28,192 bases of DNA from a virus (lineage: Duplodnaviria > Caudoviricetes), in the IMG/VR virus record IMGVR_UViG_3300027644_000672, positions 1 through 28,192 of that record. One strand, 5' to 3'. The position numbers and the translations under genes were made by a program. Positions 14,333-24,145 of this stretch are shown in pieces. Numbering within the stretch: position 1 is the stretch's first letter; each line of letters begins with the position of its first letter. The notes beneath the pieces were generated by a model. The model saw nothing but the letters and a program-made list of their open reading frames with translations. It searched no databases and was not told the DNA's origin.

Positions 14333-14621
14333 TGCCGGGCTGAACTTTGTCGCCCTGGGTCAACAAAATCACAGAGAACTTGTCTGTTTTGAACTGTGCA
14401 TTTAATTTTTTTGAAAGATTGTGTGCATGCCCAGGATTGGAGAAACTGACCTTTTTGTACTTGGGTCCAGGATGTTGTATCAGCATGTTACTGGTTTTGA
14501 GATTGATAGGACTGTTGTCATAAAACACTGCCCAAACGCCCGTTGACGACAAGACCTGTTCGGTCTTGTATGTGCTTTTGTTTGTCAGTTCTAATAGAAC
14601 TTTGGGTTTTGGTCTGCTCAT
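14325..14621 (-). CDS. Hypothetical phage protein
   Basis: 98 aa, SD AGGAG, TAAATA upstream. Confidence 0.75.
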   Translation of the reverse strand: MSRPKPKVLLELTNKSTYKTEQVLSSTGVWAVFYDNSPINLKTSNMLIQHPGPKYKKVSFSNPGHAHNLSKKLNAQFKTDKFSVILLTQGDKVQPGSA

Positions 14622-14665
14622 ATCATTAAACTCCTACATTTTTATTTATGCCAATATAGGAACTT

Positions 14666-14872
14666 TTAAAATGACCCGCCTTGCATTTCTACCTTGATTG
14701 TGTTTTCTTGTGCGGTGCTTACAGCAGACTCTCTCGCGGCTTGTAATGTTATAAGCAATCTGGTCAAATCTGCATGTAGGTCTTTGGCATCTTTGATGGG
14801 CATGGTAAAGTCTCTAGCACCACGTGCTTCGAAACCTTGTAGTCTTTCGATGAACCGTTGAATATGCAACAT
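14666..14872 (-). CDS. Hypothetical phage protein
   Basis: 68 aa, TAATG coupling to the upstream gene. Confidence 0.7.
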   Translation of the reverse strand: MLHIQRFIERLQGFEARGARDFTMPIKDAKDLHADLTRLLITLQAARESAVSTAQENTIKVEMQGGSF

Positions 14873-15561
14873 TATTTTCTATCGCCAAACAACTGCAACA
14901 GGTTCAAGAACAGATTGATAAAGTCCATGTACAAGGTCAGCGCACCACGAACCTCAGCCACGTCGCTGGTTTCGGTACTGAGTTCTTCACGAATCTTCTG
15001 TGTGTCGTAAGCAGTGAGTCCCAAAAAGATAATAATGGCCAATGCGGAGATCACCATCTGCATAACTGTACTACCAATGAAGATGTTCACAATGCTGGCA
15101 ATCACAATGGCAATCAAGCCCACAAACATAAACTTGCCCACGCTGTCGAGACTCTGCTTGGTAAAGTAACCGTAGCCACTCATTACACCAAACAGGATGG
15201 CAGCACCCATGAACGCACTCACAATTGATCCCATGGTAAACACAGCAAAGATCATTGCAAAGCTCAGCCCCATCAAGGCCGCAAATCCATGCAGGCAAAG
15301 TTGTGCGGTGCTTTTACTAGGGTTGTTGGCCAACACCATGCTGATGCCAAAAATTGCCACCAGTGGTGCAAAGATCACAATCCACTTTAGCACACCAGTA
15401 AAGAAGAACTCCAGCAACTCTGGACTGGTGCCCACAAAGTAACTGACCAGCATACTCACGATCACTGCCAGACTCATGTGTCCGTACACACGGCCCATGG
15501 CCGAGTTGATTTCGGTGGCACTGCGATAGGCCACACTGTTATTATAACTTGTTTCAAACAT
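14872..15561 (-). CDS. Bax inhibitor-1/YccA family membrane protein
   Basis: About 7 TM helices; GLTAYDTQKIR and ALTLYMDFINLFL motifs. Confidence 0.92.
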   Translation of the reverse strand: MFETSYNNSVAYRSATEINSAMGRVYGHMSLAVIVSMLVSYFVGTSPELLEFFFTGVLKWIVIFAPLVAIFGISMVLANNPSKSTAQLCLHGFAALMGLSFAMIFAVFTMGSIVSAFMGAAILFGVMSGYGYFTKQSLDSVGKFMFVGLIAIVIASIVNIFIGSTVMQMVISALAIIIFLGLTAYDTQKIREELSTETSDVAEVRGALTLYMDFINLFLNLLQLFGDRK

Positions 15562-15564
15562 AAT

Positions 15565-15936
15565 TTACTCCCGTGTTAAAAATGTATTTAATTCAGGTGC
15601 CGTCCAACCCAATGGTTTCAGCACTTTTCCATCTTCTCGCTTGCGTACTTTGCCTGTTTCGTGATCGATCTTGGCAAAGTTAGTTCGCATGACTTCTTTC
15701 CAGGCACCTTCGGCATCAGCGCCCATTGAGTGAATAGCACCAATGGTAACAACTAGAATATCAATTAATGCATCTAACTGCTCAACACGGTCATCTGATA
15801 GTGATGCCTCTAACAGTTCCTGATGTTCTTCGTCGATAAGTTTAACATACATTGCATACTGTAGTTCATTAAACTTGCCAACACTTTGATCGCAAGCTCG
15901 CATAAACTTTTCTTGATCTCTAAAAGGATTGGTCAT
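15565..15936 (-). CDS. MazG-like nucleotide pyrophosphohydrolase
   Basis: LIDEEHQEL, DALIDILVV, REDGKVLKP motifs. Confidence 0.85.
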   Translation of the reverse strand: MTNPFRDQEKFMRACDQSVGKFNELQYAMYVKLIDEEHQELLEASLSDDRVEQLDALIDILVVTIGAIHSMGADAEGAWKEVMRTNFAKIDHETGKVRKREDGKVLKPLGWTAPELNTFLTRE

Positions 15937-16370
15937 ACTGTTACTTCTTGTTGAGTTTTAAATGGGCCTTGGTAAGGATAGCGTTGCAGTGCAATCAGTT
16001 TGGGATCCCGTACAACTTTCCAGTTACGACCACGTTTGACAGAGTACCAGCCGGCTGCAAACCATGATTTGCTTTTGCGAGTTTTGGTGTACATTGGCAA
16101 GTGATGTGCCACGTCCCACACAGGATTATAAAAACGGCCCACCACTGGGAATCCGTACACAGTGGTGTTGTCTTTTGGTTTTGGATTTGATTGTTTTTCA
16201 AACACAATATTTGATTCCTTGGCAGCAAGTTTGATAGTTTTGAATTGTTTTACTTGATTGTTGATTCGAACTTGATACCCGCCGTTCCAGGCTTCGATGT
16301 TGCCAACCTTACAATCATCTTGTTGTAAAATCCAAAACTGCTTGTCTGCTACCACTTTAGCTATTAACAC
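15933..16370 (-). CDS. Hypothetical phage protein
   Basis: 145 aa, overlaps both neighbours. Confidence 0.7.
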   Translation of the reverse strand: MLIAKVVADKQFWILQQDDCKVGNIEAWNGGYQVRINNQVKQFKTIKLAAKESNIVFEKQSNPKPKDNTTVYGFPVVGRFYNPVWDVAHHLPMYTKTRKSKSWFAAGWYSVKRGRNWKVVRDPKLIALQRYPYQGPFKTQQEVTV

Positions 16371-17364
16371 TTAGCACTCCTTTATATGTTTCATTCAGCC
16401 ATCGACTGAATCCTTCGGCATTCTCACTGCACCGAACCAGATCATACTTGCCACAAAACTGCATGAATCTCACGCCAACTTGGCCAACATCTTTGTTAGA
16501 CACCTGCTCAATAATGGCCAAGTCCACGATGTCTTTGACAGCCTCGGGTTGATGGGTAAGATCAATCAACTGTCTATTGCGCTCGTAGTCGTCCAACACA
16601 CGATGTTCTTCGCCATTGTGGTCAGTCCAACGTTGCAACATCATGTTGTTCCAATTGTAGCCTTTGGTGTTTCGGTCTGCAAAGGCCTCCTGGAGACCAA
16701 CCTTATTTTTTGTGCCTTTTGTGCGTACTCCTGGATATGCACTGAACACATTGTCTGAGGTATCGCCTCGCATGCACTTTTCAAAAAGTAACCACTGCGG
16801 GTTCGGTGGGACTTTTGCTTCTTTAGTTTTTTTATCAACAACTGGCTTGTTTTTAGCATCAAAGATGCCGTCGGTGGTGATGAGTTCGTCTGTGATACCA
16901 TTGTATTGTTTTACATTGGGAGCCACCAGCTGCACAAAATCTGTGTCGCTGCTGATCACAATGTGTTCGTCTTGGGGATGTAGAGCGATCCAACGTGCAA
17001 TGATATCATCGCCTTCGGCAGTGGCACATCTGATCACACTACAGTTGGTTTTCTCTGCCAGGTATTTAGTCAGATTATCATACGTTTCCCAAAACATTTT
17101 ATCTTCTTCAGCTTCTGTTTCGGTTAGTGCAGCTCTGGCCACAGCACGATTGGCCTTGTAGGGCTTGTAATGGTCTTTGCGCCAGCTACGACCTTCCAGT
17201 GCGAACACCACGTGATCTGCTTCAAATCGACGCACAACCTTGTTGGCGCTCATCAATGTGGTATGCAGTGCTACACCGACCTTTTCCCAAGCATCGCTGG
17301 CACGAAACGCAGTGTGCCTAGCACGAAAAAACATATTGGCCGTGTCAATCAACACATAACGCAT
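16357..17364 (-). CDS. 5'-3' exonuclease / T4 RNase H-like (FEN family)
   Basis: LIDTAN, YKANR, EGDD, SSDTDFVQL, GDTSDN, GV motifs. Confidence 0.92.
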   Translation of the reverse strand: MRYVLIDTANMFFRARHTAFRASDAWEKVGVALHTTLMSANKVVRRFEADHVVFALEGRSWRKDHYKPYKANRAVARAALTETEAEEDKMFWETYDNLTKYLAEKTNCSVIRCATAEGDDIIARWIALHPQDEHIVISSDTDFVQLVAPNVKQYNGITDELITTDGIFDAKNKPVVDKKTKEAKVPPNPQWLLFEKCMRGDTSDNVFSAYPGVRTKGTKNKVGLQEAFADRNTKGYNWNNMMLQRWTDHNGEEHRVLDDYERNRQLIDLTHQPEAVKDIVDLAIIEQVSNKDVGQVGVRFMQFCGKYDLVRCSENAEGFSRWLNETYKGVLSVNS

Positions 17365-17373
17365 ACTTAACCC

Positions 17374-18075
17374 TTAGACTTTGTTGTTTGCATTGATATA
17401 TTGTAACATAAAACGATTCCAAAAGCTATGGCCATCTTTGCCAAAATGCCAGGAATTGGGTGCAACTGTTTGTATTCCTGCGGCTCTGATTCGAGCATTG
17501 TATGTGCCTGCAGGCTCGTAAGGGTCAATGTAACTGTTACCCCAGTCTTTTCGGTCAGCGATTGCGCTGAAATCATTATTGCCATTGAAGAAAATATGGT
17601 TAACACCCAATTCGTCTAATTCGGTATGCAATTGCCAAATTTCATTGTGTGCCTGCTGAGTCTTTTGTTTCCAATCTACGCCGACCACAAATTCCTTGTA
17701 GCGTTGTTGATGTTCCACTGGTACATCGTCCATGCCACTGGCACCGATCTGATAGTACACATCGTCAATCAACCATTCTTCGCGCTCCCAGGTACTCCAT
17801 TGTATCACCATCAACACTTCTTCTGGGTGGCGTATCTTTTTCAGCCAATTTCTAGTGGTTCTTAAGATTCTAGTGTTGCTGGCAGCACTCTCAGCATCAC
17901 AATGCAAACCAGCTCGTAGTGCGTCGGCCAAACGCCGGCCCCAACTCACTGCTAAATTTTCTGGATGCGGGGCCCGGCCCATGTAAAACAAATGACCATC
18001 GTCCATGGCAAACGCATGCGGGTTGACTGCTTCAGCGGCAGCAGTGTGACTATCGCCATTTACATACAAGATCAT
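17374..18075 (-). CDS. Hypothetical protein, SGNH/GDSL-like
   Basis: N-terminal NGDS and C-terminal H (WHFGKDGH). Confidence 0.6.
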   Translation of the reverse strand: MILYVNGDSHTAAAEAVNPHAFAMDDGHLFYMGRAPHPENLAVSWGRRLADALRAGLHCDAESAASNTRILRTTRNWLKKIRHPEEVLMVIQWSTWEREEWLIDDVYYQIGASGMDDVPVEHQQRYKEFVVGVDWKQKTQQAHNEIWQLHTELDELGVNHIFFNGNNDFSAIADRKDWGNSYIDPYEPAGTYNARIRAAGIQTVAPNSWHFGKDGHSFWNRFMLQYINANNKV

Positions 18076-18464
18076 GATACTTCGCTTCTGCCGTCACCGA
18101 TATCTCGTGATTTTACCACACGATTGGGATTGTTTGCCACTTCCTGTTCCCAGGTTTCCATGACCACATGTCTGCAGACATTTTGGAACCAGCGATCTAC
18201 AATGTCCGAATCTTTGTCGTCGGCTTTCATTTGATATCCGGCACGAACCAAGTTGGCAATAAATTTGTCATTCCAATCCAGTTCAAATGCGCCTTGATGT
18301 AGATTTTCCGGATCAATATCCATGCTGAGAATGGCAATCCAGGGTTCGCCTTTTTCAGTAGCAATTTCTTTTTCAGTTTTTACCGGCGCCTTGACTCGCG
18401 GTGCAGGCGGCTCTTTGGCCACCGGCTCGGGCGGCTTTTTCTTAAATCGATCAAATAAACCCAT
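18072..18464 (-). CDS. Hypothetical phage protein
   Basis: 130 aa, SD AAGGA, ATGA overlap. Confidence 0.75.
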   Translation of the reverse strand: MGLFDRFKKKPPEPVAKEPPAPRVKAPVKTEKEIATEKGEPWIAILSMDIDPENLHQGAFELDWNDKFIANLVRAGYQMKADDKDSDIVDRWFQNVCRHVVMETWEQEVANNPNRVVKSRDIGDGRSEVS

Positions 18465-18476
18465 ACAGTTTCCTTA

Positions 18477-19373
18477 TTATTTGCCCCAGCCGTTGCCCCA
18501 CAAGTCCACATGCAATCGAGGACTGTAATAGTAGCCCCGGCTGCAAGCCCAGTCTGCTACTCTAACACGATTCTGTGAATAAGGAGTGACCACACCACCT
18601 TGTGGCATAACATATACAACACCGGTAAAGCCACCAGCACGGAATTCTTTTACTGCTTGTTCAACTTCTGCAAAGTGTTCTTCTGTTTCCACAACAAATT
18701 TAAGATAGGTGGTGCCAATGTCTTGATAACTGGCCACTATGTCAGGGCAGATGGCTTCAGACCACCGTTCGCCACTGGCACTGAGCTTGGGACTGACACT
18801 GAAAGTGAGTTGACCTGGGGTACGTCGAACAGCTCGACTGTTCAGTTTGCTGTTCAGTGTCCAATTAAGCAGATACTGCCTAAACTGTGGGTTTAGAGCC
18901 TGAGTACCATTCGTTTCAAATGTGATATTCTGTAGATCCAACATGGCAGGACCACTCAACAGTTCCGGATATGTACGTTGCCAGCCCAACAAAGGTTCAC
19001 CACCTGTGATGACCAAATGAACATCGTTGCCGTTGTCCTGTATCCATTTGTGATTGGGTGTCAGGACCAGCATTTGATCCACCAGCTTGTCTGTGTCAAT
19101 GGTCGGACTTAGGTCTTTAAAGTCCGGATGCCAACTGGCATAACTGTCACAGCCGGTATTGACCAGTGGCAAGTCTTCAAACTTTGAAAACGGTTGGATC
19201 ATGACATGTTTGGCTGCAATGTCAGTGGCTTCGTGGCTTAGTTGACCGGGCGGCATACCAAAACCGGCGCACTTAAAGTTACACCCAAAGGTGCGTAGAA
19301 ACACTGATGGGACACCAATAAAGCGTCCTTCACCTTGTGCGGAATAGAATAGTTCAGATACTTTTAATTTCAT
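18477..19373 (-). CDS. queE: 7-carboxy-7-deazaguanine synthase (radical SAM)
   Basis: ELFYSAQGEG, FLRTFGCN, ITGGEPL, ETNGT, SVSPKL, PRLH; clustered with folE and queD. Confidence 0.85.
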   Translation of the reverse strand: MKLKVSELFYSAQGEGRFIGVPSVFLRTFGCNFKCAGFGMPPGQLSHEATDIAAKHVMIQPFSKFEDLPLVNTGCDSYASWHPDFKDLSPTIDTDKLVDQMLVLTPNHKWIQDNGNDVHLVITGGEPLLGWQRTYPELLSGPAMLDLQNITFETNGTQALNPQFRQYLLNWTLNSKLNSRAVRRTPGQLTFSVSPKLSASGERWSEAICPDIVASYQDIGTTYLKFVVETEEHFAEVEQAVKEFRAGGFTGVVYVMPQGGVVTPYSQNRVRVADWACSRGYYYSPRLHVDLWGNGWGK

Positions 19374-19378
19374 GTACT

Positions 19379-19408
19379 ATTATACAATAACTGTTTATGA
19401 CTTGTCAA
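19379..19408 (-). promoter_or_regulatory. sigma70 promoter, probably giving a leaderless queE mRNA
   Basis: TTGACA-18 nt-TATAAT, 5 nt before ATG, no SD. Confidence 0.7.
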
Positions 19409-20306
19409 CTAAATTTTTAATAATACGACCAACACCTTGTTCAAATGACATGGGCGCATAGTCCGGCATGACCGATCTGAGTTTGTCAATGTTGGGCCTA
19501 CGAGTAGCAGTGCTGCCGGCTCGGCCAGGTGTGGCGGTCCAGGCTGGGTCAGTATGTCCAAATTCGGTAGCAATGACCTTCACTGCATCCATAATGGTAA
19601 TTTCTCTGTCATTGCCAACGTTGAACAGTTGATTGACCTGTGTTTCGGCACAGAATATTGTGGCACGAACAGCATCTTCCACATGACAGAAACTGCGTGT
19701 TTCTTCTGGACCAACCACTTGGAATACACCATTTTGGATCTTGGCAATTTGGTCTGCCAGGAAGTGACCGGCCTTGCTGTTGTCGCCGTACACGTTGAAG
19801 TAACGTATCATCACATAGGGCAATGGGCTATTGGTCAAGTAGTTTTCTGCACAGATCTTGGGCAGGCGATAACTCCATCTGGCATTGTGGATGTTGTTGA
19901 TTGTGATGTCAGTGTGTTCGGCCACTGGACTCACAGGATCATCGCTGACCACTTCACTGCTGGATGCATACACTAATTTTTTCAATTGCGTGTTCATGCC
20001 GGCAAACTCAAATATATTAAAGTCTCCCACCATGTTGTTCCATAACACTTGGTTTGGACGCTCGTAAAAGTTTTTGGTTCCGTTGATTGCACCATAGTGA
20101 TAGATGTAATCAAAGTCCACCGGCAGGTTGGCGTAGGCTACATCACCGGCAGTCAAATCCACATCGATGAACTTGTCACAGGGAGGAATGGTTGAGCTGC
20201 GACTATGGTTATCCATGGCCCACACTTCGTTGTTGGAATTTTCTTTCAGCTGTCGGCAGATTTCTGTGCCCAACAAGCCGCTGGCACCGGTTACTAGTAT
20301 TTTCAT
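19395..20306 (-). CDS. NAD-dependent epimerase/dehydratase (extended SDR)
   Basis: TGASGLLG, ASSSEV, YRLPK (YxxxK), RYFNVYG, RSFCHVED. Confidence 0.9.
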   Translation of the reverse strand: MKILVTGASGLLGTEICRQLKENSNNEVWAMDNHSRSSTIPPCDKFIDVDLTAGDVAYANLPVDFDYIYHYGAINGTKNFYERPNQVLWNNMVGDFNIFEFAGMNTQLKKLVYASSSEVVSDDPVSPVAEHTDITINNIHNARWSYRLPKICAENYLTNSPLPYVMIRYFNVYGDNSKAGHFLADQIAKIQNGVFQVVGPEETRSFCHVEDAVRATIFCAETQVNQLFNVGNDREITIMDAVKVIATEFGHTDPAWTATPGRAGSTATRRPNIDKLRSVMPDYAPMSFEQGVGRIIKNLVDKS

Positions 20307-21076
20307 TTGTTAAATTTCTCGTTGTCGTTGATTACCGATTGGATCAGGCCAAACTCTAGACCTAGATCTTTTATCAGATTGTTCCATGCACTGGTATCTT
20401 TGGGCAAACAGTGTCCACCGTAGCCACGCATGTTTGGATTGGCCATTAGGTAATGTGGATTGATACAGTCACGCTTGGTGATGGCCTTGTACACGTTCAT
20501 GTAGTTGGCGCCCAGCTTGTCGCATACTTCATAAGTGATGTTGGCAAAGGTCACACTCATGGCATGATGTACGTTGTTGAAGTACTTGATCACTTCAGCT
20601 TCAGTGGGCGTCACGCGAGCAATGTTTTCGGGAAAACTGCCGTGTATCTCCACAATCAAGTCAGCATCGGCTTTGTTGTTACAGCCTACTACCAACAGGT
20701 CGTGATTGTAAACAAAGTCAGCCAGCGCACTTTTTGCACGGAGAAATTCTGGTACCATGCTCAATCTCAACTGAGGGTACAACGTTTGTAGTCGATCAGT
20801 TGTGCCAGGGATCACTGTGCTCTTGATACTGATTAATCCCTTGTAATCAGCTTTGGCCAGATCTTCGATTGTACGATCAATAATTGACACGTCACAGTCG
20901 CCGTTGGCAGCCTGATTGGTTGGCACACTGATAAACACACAGTCTGTGTCCAACACATGGTCCAGCACTGATCCTTCATATGCTGGATCAAAGAACGACA
21001 TAGTGTGTCCTAAATATTCTAGCCCTTCGTACACAGCTTTGCCCACTGTGCCTTTTCCAATTATACCTATTTTCAT
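20303..21076 (-). CDS. UDP-glucose/GDP-mannose dehydrogenase family, lacking the C-terminal domain
   Basis: GKGTVG, KSTVIPGT, PEFLR, GYGGHCLPKD. Confidence 0.88.
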   Translation of the reverse strand: MKIGIIGKGTVGKAVYEGLEYLGHTMSFFDPAYEGSVLDHVLDTDCVFISVPTNQAANGDCDVSIIDRTIEDLAKADYKGLISIKSTVIPGTTDRLQTLYPQLRLSMVPEFLRAKSALADFVYNHDLLVVGCNNKADADLIVEIHGSFPENIARVTPTEAEVIKYFNNVHHAMSVTFANITYEVCDKLGANYMNVYKAITKRDCINPHYLMANPNMRGYGGHCLPKDTSAWNNLIKDLGLEFGLIQSVINDNEKFNK

Positions 21077-21690
21077 ATTGCATCCTCAAATGTTATGTCT
21101 ACACAAGTACTAGCACCGGTGCCTGTTGCCAGTTTAAAAATGTCCTGCGCTACCCGCTCGGGCAAAAGATAATCCAACGCAGGATCTTTTGCTTGGCCAC
21201 CTGTGGCCATTCGAGTTAGTGTCCTTACTGGGTTAACCAAATGAACACGTATGTCAGTGTTGACAAGATTCTCACTGACTCCTTGCCACAAGTTGTACAA
21301 GGCTGCCTTGCTGGCACTGTACAACGGATATTGTTTTCTTCCGCCAGTGTAGCTGCTGGATCCCACCATCACTATGTTCACCGGTTTCTTTTGATTGCCA
21401 GTGTAAAGATAGTGCCGCATGATGGACCAATTGCTGCCTACATTCACTGACATGGTCTCTTGATGATCTGACAAGTGTCCGCTTACAAACACTCCGGCGC
21501 AGTTGATCACAATATCTGGATCCAGCACACTTAGAAATTTGTGTATCTCTTGATCAGCCGTAGGCAGTTTTAAATCAATAATTGCACGGTCAACATCAAC
21601 AATCTTGTATTCAGCAGGATCGAATAGCCGCCTTACAGCAGAGCCAATACCGCCACCGGCACCAAAAATAGCAACAGCTGGGCGTGTCAT
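21073..21690 (-). CDS. Short-chain dehydrogenase/reductase
   Basis: GAGGGIG, NCAG, YSASK. Confidence 0.9.
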   Translation of the reverse strand: MTRPAVAIFGAGGGIGSAVRRLFDPAEYKIVDVDRAIIDLKLPTADQEIHKFLSVLDPDIVINCAGVFVSGHLSDHQETMSVNVGSNWSIMRHYLYTGNQKKPVNIVMVGSSSYTGGRKQYPLYSASKAALYNLWQGVSENLVNTDIRVHLVNPVRTLTRMATGGQAKDPALDYLLPERVAQDIFKLATGTGASTCVDITFEDAI

Positions 21691-22094
21691 TGGCCCACTA
21701 TGCTGTCTACACGATAGGTATCTGACTCGTAGTCAGCACCGCCGCGTGGGCCGGCTGCATAGGCAACAAACGTACAGCCATCGGCGCCGGCCTTCATGCC
21801 ATGTATTTCGTTGGGTTCGCTGATCAGCATGTCACCAGGACCTGCTACAAACAGTTCAGCTGCTTGGTCGGAATCCACTGGTCTTGAGTAATAACTGAGA
21901 CTGCCACTCAATACCAATGTGTACTGTGTGGTCAGCTTGTGATAGTGATTGCCACGTACAGCACCGGGTGCGTTGGTGATCACACAGCCATGATTGATAT
22001 TTTGAGAATAAAATAAATCGGTAATTGTGCCGCGCTCGTCGGTGAATTGTCCTAACCCGGGTTCTGAGTTGGTGTGTATATTGTAGTGTTTCAT
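21687..22094 (-). CDS. Cupin, NDP-sugar epimerase/isomerase-like (RmlC/FdtA-like)
   Basis: FTDERG, RGNHYH, distal H. Confidence 0.8.
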   Translation of the reverse strand: MKHYNIHTNSEPGLGQFTDERGTITDLFYSQNINHGCVITNAPGAVRGNHYHKLTTQYTLVLSGSLSYYSRPVDSDQAAELFVAGPGDMLISEPNEIHGMKAGADGCTFVAYAAGPRGGADYESDTYRVDSIVGQ

Positions 22095-23311
22095 TGTGAA
22101 ATAAATCTAGTTTGTGGATTGATATTTAGTATGGCCTTTCGGAGCCCTTCCCCAATGTTCCAACTCAATATCAGTGCATACGGATTCTTGTGCTGAGCAA
22201 ACTCTTCATCTGCTAGAATTGGAATCCGTGTTAATGGTGTAAATTTTCCCTGTTTAAACTCACTAGAGTCGGTCACACAGTGCAGATGTGTTGCATTAAG
22301 ACCGTGCCAGGTCAGCCAGGTATTGGCCTTGGCTGCTGCTCCTACTCCAATGAACACAGCATCAGGTTCTGCTGTTCTTATTGCATAAAAATTTGCCAAC
22401 CAACAGTCTCGGTTCTGTGCAAATTGTGTCTGTAGCTGTGTGTAAAAATCTCGGGAGAACAAGCCCATCTCGGTTTCACGATCAATTGCCTGTGCTACCT
22501 GCAATGGCATGGCAGCACCGGTGTCCCGACGAGCAAACATTCGTAAACTGCCGCCGTGATAGTTGACCACATCAAAATCTACAATTTCAAGCCCGGCTGT
22601 TTTCAACAGATTCCACACGCTCTTCACTGTGAAATAACTGGGATGTTCGTGATACACCATGTCCACAAACCGCCCAGACTCAATCATACTGGCCCAATAT
22701 GGCACTTCAAAAACAAACAGGCCGTCTGCGCTCAACAACTGTTCAACACACCGGGCAAAGGCCACAGGATCGTTGGCATGGTTAAACACATTGTTGGCCA
22801 TAATTACCTGTGCCGGTCCGTGTTGCTCCAACAGTGTCACAGCAACTGCCTCGTTAAACAATGCATTCACAGTGGCAACACCACGTGACTCAGCCACTCG
22901 GCACATGTCTGCACTTGAATCAACGCCCACTGCATTATCACCAAACTGACCAATCAAGTAGCCGTCGTTGCTACCAATTTCCACTGCAAAACCTGTTGGG
23001 CATCGTTGCTTGACAGTGGCAGCATACTCATCCCAATGATCCCTTGCAGTTTTGGAATTGCTGGATGTGTAACTGTAGCTGTAGAGGTTGTAGCGATCTT
23101 CAGCTGAACTTGCATAGCCCAATTGTATACTGCCGCTGTCGGCATTCATGTACACATGCAGTGGAAAAACTGGTTCACTGAGATTCAATTGATCTGCACT
23201 GACAAAGGTGTCGGCAAATGCATGCTGACCAAAATCTAATATTTTCTCCACTGGTGCAGAAGTCAGCATGCACCGATCAATTAGTTGACTGTAGGTAATG
23301 GTGTTGTTCAT
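22091..23311 (-). CDS. NDP-hexose C-methyltransferase
   Basis: EIGSNDG, NNVFNH, FEVPY, YHEH, HGGSLR, GAAAKA, WN motifs; start reassigned to ATG 23311 (ATGA overlap). Confidence 0.88.
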   Translation of the reverse strand: MNNTITYSQLIDRCMLTSAPVEKILDFGQHAFADTFVSADQLNLSEPVFPLHVYMNADSGSIQLGYASSAEDRYNLYSYSYTSSNSKTARDHWDEYAATVKQRCPTGFAVEIGSNDGYLIGQFGDNAVGVDSSADMCRVAESRGVATVNALFNEAVAVTLLEQHGPAQVIMANNVFNHANDPVAFARCVEQLLSADGLFVFEVPYWASMIESGRFVDMVYHEHPSYFTVKSVWNLLKTAGLEIVDFDVVNYHGGSLRMFARRDTGAAMPLQVAQAIDRETEMGLFSRDFYTQLQTQFAQNRDCWLANFYAIRTAEPDAVFIGVGAAAKANTWLTWHGLNATHLHCVTDSSEFKQGKFTPLTRIPILADEEFAQHKNPYALILSWNIGEGLRKAILNINPQTRFISQ

Positions 23312-24129
23312 GATAATTTTACCTTGTACTGTGACATCTGCTTGTTGACATCCATCAGTCTTAATTTTTCCCAAGGATCCTGAGTTCCGGCCTTGACACT
23401 GTTCCACCAGGGTAAGGAACTGGCATTGCCTTGCGACAACATGTAGGTCATCAAAGTTTCGCAGTCTCGGTATCGCCGTTGTATAGTGGCAGGATAATGA
23501 AAATCCAATGGACTCTTGGGGTTGTGTTCGAATCGACTCTTGGGCTTGAGTGGATCAGTGGCATCCTTGGTCAGTTCAACCTGATTGTGCGTGGCATGCA
23601 CATCAATCACCTGCATGATGTCCAACATGAATGCCATTTGGCTAACTTCGGCGTCGATCATCTGATGTCGACTCAACAAGCCCATAACCTCAAACCAGGC
23701 CCTAGGCACAATGGGAAATATGCTGTAGGGATGGTCGTTGTGAGTGTGCAGTTTCAGCAGACGGAACTGACCAGTATACTGACTGATCACTGTGTCCCAG
23801 CCAGGTGTGTCCATCACAGCATCGTCGTTCCACACAAACAACCAATCAGCATCAGCTGACTTGGCCAGATGATTGTAGTATCTATTGAGTCCAGCGTAGC
23901 CCATACTTTTGAATAGCTGTGCTTCGTACGCCAGTTCAGTCTGATCTAACCACGGCTGTATCACTTTAGAAAAATGATCCAGTCCTGCGGTATCGTCGTC
24001 GTCGAATCCCAACAACAGTTGAATGGAGGACAAATTATCTGCTGATTTTACTATACTGCTTATACTTTGAGTAAGAGCTGTGGTTCTACTTCTGGTGGGT
24101 AGCAATACTGCTATTTTGTATTCACTCAT
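23308..24129 (-). CDS. GT-A fold glycosyltransferase (GT2-like)
   Basis: VLLPTRSR, FDDDD, WNDD motifs. Confidence 0.75.
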   Translation of the reverse strand: MSEYKIAVLLPTRSRTTALTQSISSIVKSADNLSSIQLLLGFDDDDTAGLDHFSKVIQPWLDQTELAYEAQLFKSMGYAGLNRYYNHLAKSADADWLFVWNDDAVMDTPGWDTVISQYTGQFRLLKLHTHNDHPYSIFPIVPRAWFEVMGLLSRHQMIDAEVSQMAFMLDIMQVIDVHATHNQVELTKDATDPLKPKSRFEHNPKSPLDFHYPATIQRRYRDCETLMTYMLSQGNASSLPWWNSVKAGTQDPWEKLRLMDVNKQMSQYKVKLS

Positions 24130-24145
24130 ATACTGTATTTAAATT

